NCBI GenBank assembly: GCA_964016885.1
Contig: OZ024757.1
Span: forward strand, 33,542,001-33,606,000
Origin: Eledone cirrhosa
Lineage: Eukaryota
DNA: 64,000 bases
Direction of reading: 5' to 3'
Under the pieces are notes generated by a model, which worked only from the letters and a program-made list of their open reading frames with translations, was not told where the DNA came from and did no database searches. Shown here piece after piece: positions 1 to 64,000 of this stretch (positions are counted from its first letter, which is position 1; each line of letters starts with the position of its first letter). A program made the translations under genes and the position numbers.

Positions 1-47
1 ATATATATTTATATATATTTATATATATATTTATATATATATATATT

Positions 48-102
<55 letters not shown>

Positions 103-103
103 T

Positions 104-134
<31 letters not shown>

Positions 135-135
135 T

Positions 136-168
<33 letters not shown>

Positions 169-171
169 ATT

Positions 172-452
<281 letters not shown>

Positions 453-505
453 ATATATAAATATTTATATATATATATTTATATATATATATATATATAA
501 ATATT

Positions 506-538
<33 letters not shown>

Positions 539-551
539 ATATATAAATATT

Positions 552-723
<172 letters not shown>

Positions 724-744
724 ATTTATATTTATATATATATA

Positions 745-793
<49 letters not shown>

Positions 794-826
794 ATTTATA
801 TTTATATATATATATATTTATATATT

Positions 827-857
<31 letters not shown>

Positions 858-861
858 ATAT

Positions 862-2100
862 CTAAACATTTCCCCCAAACATAGATATTATATACTCTTT
901 ATTAAAAATAACATTAAAACCTCATTCTCTACAACACCTAACCTAGCTAGCCACATCACATTCAGTAACCATCATAAACTAAGACAGTTTAACTCCCACA
1001 CCGCGGTACCACCACCCGTATCAAATACACCACGCCACTACACCAATACTTACTCTAGTAGCACACCTCCCCCATCTAATCCTTCTAACACTGACCAACC
1101 GCTTAGGTTAAACTACCCTACTCTCACTAACCGCAGAAGCAACTGCAACTGCCGTTACCCTAATGATTGCCCACTAAATGGACACTGCCTGACACCCAAC
1201 ATAGCCTATAAGTGCACGGTTAAAACTGCTTCGAATACCAGCTCCTATATCGGGTCTACCTCTCACCTTTTTAAGGTACGCTATAACGCGCACTCTTTTT
1301 CCTCCCGAGACCCTAACAACAGATGTTCGACATCTCTAGCTAGGCTCATTAAAAACCTTAAATTAACCAACATTGAACACTTACTAACATGGGATATCTT
1401 AGCTAGGGCCCAACCGTTCAATGGACGAAGAAAATCTTGTGATCTCTGTATTACCGAAGCATATTACATAACTCTATCACGACCTCTACCGATTAACGAT
1501 AGAACAGAGGTAACTATTAGCTGTCAACATCGAAGGGCTAATACCTTCGCCAACAGAATATTTGACCCAACATAGTCATCTGGCCCCATATTTACTTGTA
1601 ACTAATAAGTTAAATAGCCATAACTAACTTAGATAATTATAAGTTACCTCCCCTACATTGTCTCTCAATTAAAAAATTAGCACTTAACTATAAACTACCC
1701 ACAATTTCTAATCTCTCGAGGAGTTACTTCCCCTGAAACCACCCTTTAATTAGTAAGGTAAACATGTCCATAGGCGGCCATTTTGTTACCCATAGGCAGA
1801 TCTCACACAATGCAGCCTCGACAGAAGAATACTGCTTTATTATGGCAGACAATTGATACACCCAGGACACCATAGTGAAATAACAATATATGGAACATTA
1901 TATTATGTAACATTCTTTCCTTATTTTAATTTATATTCCTTTGCAGTTCCGATGAGCCGCACTATCTTTAATTATGTTAATTATTTTCAACTGAACCAGA
2001 TCAATAGTGATATATAATAATTTGATCCAGAAATATTATATGGAGTAGCGAAACAATTGTAAACGGACATTATTATTATTAATATTATTATTATTTCTAT
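862..2100 (+). mobile_element. Penelope-like retroelement 3' fragment (GIY-YIG endonuclease, 3' UTR with hammerhead motif)
   Basis: ATG-less stop-free frame 862-1575: ...[26 protein letters not shown]...[17 protein letters not shown]...TWDILARA...[11 protein letters not shown]...[13 protein letters not shown]. This is the Cys-rich linker plus (GIY)-YIG pattern of PLE C-termini. Confidence 0.85.
1946..2064 (+). ncRNA. Hammerhead motif (U4C) in the 3' region of the Penelope-like fragment
   Basis: GUU-CCGAUGA-GC...GC-GAAA-CAAUUG-UA-AAC. Confidence 0.55.
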
Positions 2101-3523
2101 ATTCCTTACATCAAACTAAAATATGTTGACAATCTTTTTAATAATGTCCTCCTTGTAAAATTTGTGGTCTTGTTTTGCTTAACTACATATATATATATAC
2201 ATATATATTTATGCACATATATATAAACATATATATGTATATTTACATATATATATATATACATATATATGTATGCACATATATATAAACATATATATGT
2301 ATATTTACATATATATAAACATATATATGTATATTTACATATATATATATGTATATATCTGTATACATATGTATATATATATCTGTATATATATATATAT
2401 ATGAACACATCTGTATATATATATATATATATATATATCTATATAGCTATATATATATATATATATATATATATAGCTATATATAAATATATATGCAGAT
2501 ATGTTCATATATATATATATATACAGATATATATATACATATGTATACAGATATATACATATATATATATGTAAATATACATATATATGTTTATATATAT
2601 GTGCATACATATATATGTATATATATATATATGTAAATATACATATATATGTTCATATATATGTGCATACGTATATATGTATATATATATATATTTAAAT
2701 ATATACATATATATGTTTATATATATATGTATATACATATATGTTTATATATATATGTATATACATATATGTTTATATATATATGTATAAACATATATGT
2801 TTATATATATGTGCATACATATATATGTATATATATATGTTTATATATATATATATCTATATACATACATGTTTAAATATAAGTGCATACATATATATAT
2901 ATATATATATATATGTTTATATATATGTTTATATGTATATACATATATTTATATATATATGTATATACTTATATATGTGTGTATATATATACATGTATAT
3001 GTTTATATATGTATATGTATATATATGTATATACATATATATGTATATACATATATTTATATATGTATATACATATATATGTGTGTATATATATACATGT
3101 ATATGTATATATATGTATATACATATATATGTATATGTATATATATGTATATACATATATATGTATATACATATATATGTATATACATATATATGTATAT
3201 ACATATATATGTATATGTATATATATGTATATACATATATATGTTTATATATATACATGTATATGTATATACATATACATGTATATGTATATATATGTAT
3301 ATACATATATATGTTTATATATATATATGTATATACATATATATGTTTATATATATATATGTATATACATATATATGTGTATATATATATATATACATGT
3401 ATATGTACATATATGTATATATAATATGTATATGTATATATAATATATATGTATATATATTTATATATAATATGTATATGTATATATATGTATATATATA
3501 TATATATATATAGATAGATATAT

Positions 3524-3573
<50 letters not shown>

Positions 3574-3702
3574 GGAGGAAGTTGTAATTTACTTGAAGCA
3601 TTGTTAAAATAACAGATTAAAGTTTAAGCAAAGAATCGCTGCTTTCACCCTCAACGGGATCTTCTACCTGTAGATATACATACACATATATATATATATA
3701 AT

Positions 3703-3738
<36 letters not shown>

Positions 3739-3792
3739 CATATACACACGTAAATATATATACACGTAGATATATATACACATATATATATA

Positions 3793-3855
<63 letters not shown>

Positions 3856-3969
3856 ATATATATATCTACATTATATATATACCTGTAGATATATATACAC
3901 ATATATATACGTATATATATATATATATATACATACACACATATATATATTTACATTCATATATATATG

Positions 3970-4101
<132 letters not shown>

Positions 4102-5336
4102 TATATATATACATATATATATGTACCTATAACCGCACATATATATATTTATATACCCTCATCCTTCATGCACATATGGCTGTCTCTTTGTCTCTATGTC
4201 TGTATGCATCTCTGTTGGCATACTGTCAAATCCTGTATAAAATATAAAGTTTCCAATTTTTATGTTAAGATTCAATGAACAAACCGGAATAGTTGATGTA
4301 AACAACAGAACAACAACAATAACAGCAATAATAATAATAATAATAAAAATAATAATAATAATATTAATAGTAATATTAATGATGATAATAATAATCATAA
4401 TTATAATAACGGTAATTAACAGACGTGTTCGGATTAAAGATTTTTTTTGTAAGAAACTGCAATTATACGTGGAAAAAATGTCAGCAAAAATGGCCGTTGT
4501 CTGATAGTTCAGTTTACTGCAATTGTTGTATATCAATATAGTAGGGAGAATTAAATGGTTTAATCCACCGTTTTCATTAGTGTTTTTCTTCAAGTTCTTT
4601 CGGTTCTTTAATTTGTTTACAATGTCTTTTTTTCCCCTTCACTGAGAAATTTAACCGATAGTTCCTTTTTCTTTTTCCTTCTTGATGCAGACAACTTATT
4701 AACTGTTATAAATCACCGACTCGAAGGAAGGTAAGTCGAATTTTATTTATCATTATATATTTATTTGTTTTTGTAATTGTTTTTGTTCGATTTGTATTTT
4801 TTTGGTGGGCAAGGGGCTGGAGAAATCTCAACTGCGAAAATAACACGAAGCTGGACTCAGATCAAATGATTGGAGTCAGTTATTATTGCAAAATCTTTTT
4901 CAAAATGTAATAATAATAATAATGATGGTGATGTTGATAATAATAACAATAGTGATAAAATCACTAATTTCCATTAATTATCTATAAAATTATATATGTA
5001 TGTATACATATATATATGTGTATATATATGTATATGTATATATATGTATATATATATGTATATATATGTATATGTATATATATGTATATATATATGTATA
5101 TATATGTATATATATGTATATATGTATATATATATATGTATATATATGTACATATATGTATACATATATGTATGTATACATATATGTATGTATATATATA
5201 TGTATGTATATATATATATGTATGTATATATATATATATGTATATATATGTATGTATATATGTATATATATGTATGTATATATGTATGTATATATGTATA
5301 TATATGTATGTATATATATATGTATATATATGTATG

Positions 5337-5368
<32 letters not shown>

Positions 5369-5454
5369 TATATATATATATGTATATATATGTATATATA
5401 TATATGTATATATATGTATATATATATATGTATATATATATGTATATATATATG

Positions 5455-5489
<35 letters not shown>

Positions 5490-6157
5490 GTATATATGTA
5501 TATATATATATATGTATATATGTATATATATATATGTTTGTGTATATATGTGTGTATATATATATATGTGTGTGTATATATGTGTGTATATATATATATG
5601 TGTATATATATATATATATAAAGATATATATGTAGATATATATATATACATATATTATATATATATGTATATATATGCATATATATATGTATGAATATAT
5701 ATGTATATATATGTATATATATGTATATATATGTATTTGAATGTAATATGTATACGCGTCTATGTATATAATATGTATATATACACGTATATGTGTATGT
5801 ATATATATACACACGCATATATATATATACATATGCACACATACGTATATACATGTGTGTGTGTGTGTGTGTTTTATAAATAACCCTGCATTTTAATTAT
5901 CTTCTGGTCAAAGGCCAAAAACATGTCTTCCGTCCGTAAAATACCAAAATGTTGAGAATCTGAATATTTCTTCTGAAACAAATACTTATTCAGATTTCAT
6001 ATTTGCTGCTAAAACAACCAATCATATATTCCAGTGTGTGTGCATATGTGTATTTGTATGTATGCATGGCTGCCTGTATGTGTATTCGTATGTATGCCTC
6101 CTTGTATGGCTGTATGTGTGTATGCATGCATGCCTATATATATATAATATAAGTGTA

Positions 6158-6193
<36 letters not shown>

Positions 6194-6611
6194 TGTATGT
6201 ATGTATGTATGTATGTATGTATGTATGTATCTGTATGTATGTATGTATATATGTATCTGTGTATGTATATATGTATGTATGCCAGTGTATACATGCATAT
6301 ATAAATGTATCATCCGGATTAGCTAGGCATTCTATTCAGTAGTACATATAGCTACTTCGTCGTACATCTGTTGAAGGTTTATTCCTTATTCGATCCTCAC
6401 TTTTCTCCATTTATTGATTGATTTATTCATGTCGAACAGACGGCATTCCCCAGAAGACGTCAAAAATTTATTAAGGAGCCAATTTCGAAAAGGAATAATT
6501 TAAAAAAAAAATGTTTTAGAATTTATTATTATTATTATTTTTTTTTAGAAATTTTATATTTAAGAAAAGAATTCCAGAAAGCGAAACCACACAATAGCAA
6601 TTTTTTAGCCA

Positions 6612-61756
<55,145 letters not shown>

Positions 61757-61839
61757 CTGTAACCAGATGGAACAACGAGAGAAAACGTTTTAGTAAAACA
61801 ACAGCATTAACAACGACACAGTAAAATAACAATATGGGA

Positions 61840-61904
<65 letters not shown>

Positions 61905-62808
61905 TACTTTGGGAGAGTCATTCTGCCAATAAAAACACACGTACCTGTTGGTTTTTACTTCAATTTATTATAAATTTCTGGTTGGTTGGTTCGATAACCG
62001 GATGGTTGTTTATATATTGTCAAAGCTCTTTCGTCACACATTCTGTGACCGCCTCAGTGACTGTGTTTTTATTTTGTGTCTCTCCTTTGTTCTGTCCTAC
62101 ACCATCTTTTTTGTGTGTGTTATATCACACCATAAATGATAAGAAACACTTTAACCAAGGTTACTTCAATATGGTTTTATTACTATATATTGGTATCTTT
62201 TTTAATAAATGATACCATTTTTTGACCATCCCTGTCTATATATTATGCTTCTATTGTTGAAACATATGTAAAACTGATAAAATATTAAATTCTCCTTAAA
62301 CCCTTGGTTGTATTATCTCTGGAAATATCCTATTTGCTAGAATTCTTTTCACGATAATTGCATACCAATTGTAAGATACATTGTTATATTATTTGTTATG
62401 TTTTTTTCTGTAGAAATGACTGATGGAGTCCAAGCTTTACTGTAAGTGTTTAAGGATATATGTAGTATATGTGTGACGTCCGAGCGAGTATCCTTCACTT
62501 ATTGATGAAGGATTAGCAAAGAGCCGTGTCAGCTGGAGATGTGCGTGTGAGTGTGTTTTAAAATTTTTTTTTATTATGAAATATTCATTTGCCACACGTG
62601 TTTCATTATTTTGTGTTAACCTTCGTACTAAATACTTTTCTCACATTTATGATATTAAAATAAAATTTATTTTAATCATATTATACCATAAATCAGCTAA
62701 AAAAAAAAACGGTATATGTGTGTGTGTAAATAAGACCGTTATTGCTCCAATCAGTTTATTCACCATCAATAACTACTATAAATATACATACACATATATA
62801 CACTATAT

Positions 62809-62836
<28 letters not shown>

Positions 62837-62839
<3 letters not shown>

Positions 62840-63038
62840 GGAAAAGGTATGACTCCGTCGGCAGAGTTCAAGCCGTTTCGACGGCTATTTCTGGACTAAA
62901 TTGGTCCAGAAATAGTCGTCGAAACGGCTTGAGCTCTGCCGTCGGGTCATACCTTTTCCTATTTCCCACTCTACTACCCTAAGTATTGAGTACTCTGGTG
63001 CGTTATGGTCCATCTGGTTCCTTACCACAATTCCTTCG

Positions 63039-63040
<2 letters not shown>
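62837..63040. repeat. Second copy of the palindromic element
   Basis: Same hairpin and tail as 32646-32850. Confidence 0.85.
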
Positions 63041-63074
<34 letters not shown>

Positions 63075-63101
63075 ATGTATGCATATATATGTATGTATGT
63101 A

Positions 63102-63149
<48 letters not shown>

Positions 63150-63338
63150 AACAAGCAAGTAGGACCGTCAAACACACAAATCCAAACGCTGACACACCCA
63201 GAACAAAAACAAGGCCTTCAACGAATGACCTGTACGTAAATAAGACACCCAGAAATCAAAGCCAACACTAAACAAAACATCTACTGGATAAAACCATCGG
63301 ATTCGTAATATATATTCGTAAAAAGAAAGCCAATCATC

Positions 63339-63777
<439 letters not shown>

Positions 63778-64000
63778 TAATTAAAAAAAAAATGTTTTCG
63801 CTCTACATGGCTGAATACAATAAATGTAATCTGAGTTTTTCGAATATTAATAATTCGATTCGTTTGCAATTATGCAAACAAGCCTCATTTTAAAAGCCAT
63901 GTCAGTAGAATGACCTCCTCATTCTTGCTCTTGTGTTGGCATTAAAAAGGAGGCTTGTTTGCATAATTGCAAACGAATCGAATATTATTATTAATATTAT

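Noticed and set aside
6378-6530. Poly(A) signal of the TRPC gene
   Set aside because: Several AATAAA hexamers occur on the minus strand in AT-rich sequence; none can be singled out without 3'-end data

Overview
AT-rich, microsatellite-saturated eukaryotic DNA. The SINE/LINE repertoire and repeat style suggest a coleoid cephalopod (octopus-like); this is inference. The only host gene I can support is the 3' part of a minus-strand TRPC-family cation channel. I traced 13 GT-AG exons by hand (61756 down to the stop at 6612) that splice in frame into 784 codons plus stop, covering pre-S1, S1-S6, the pore (LFW), the TRP box (EWKFAR), a coiled-coil tail and a C-terminal ESKV. The ankyrin-repeat N-terminus must lie beyond position 64000. 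The introns hold tRNA-derived SINEs, RTE, R4/Dong and Penelope-like fragments, MITEs and fold-backs. Nearly all listed ORFs are microsatellite artefacts. Two observations stand out. (1) More than a dozen hammerhead-ribozyme motifs of several families occur, including a complete one in pre-mRNA sense inside a 146-bp inverted repeat and a family with a compensatory U3:A8 core. (2) The conserved pore-filter glycine is genomically Ser (AGC, UAG context), which one A-to-I edit would restore to Gly.
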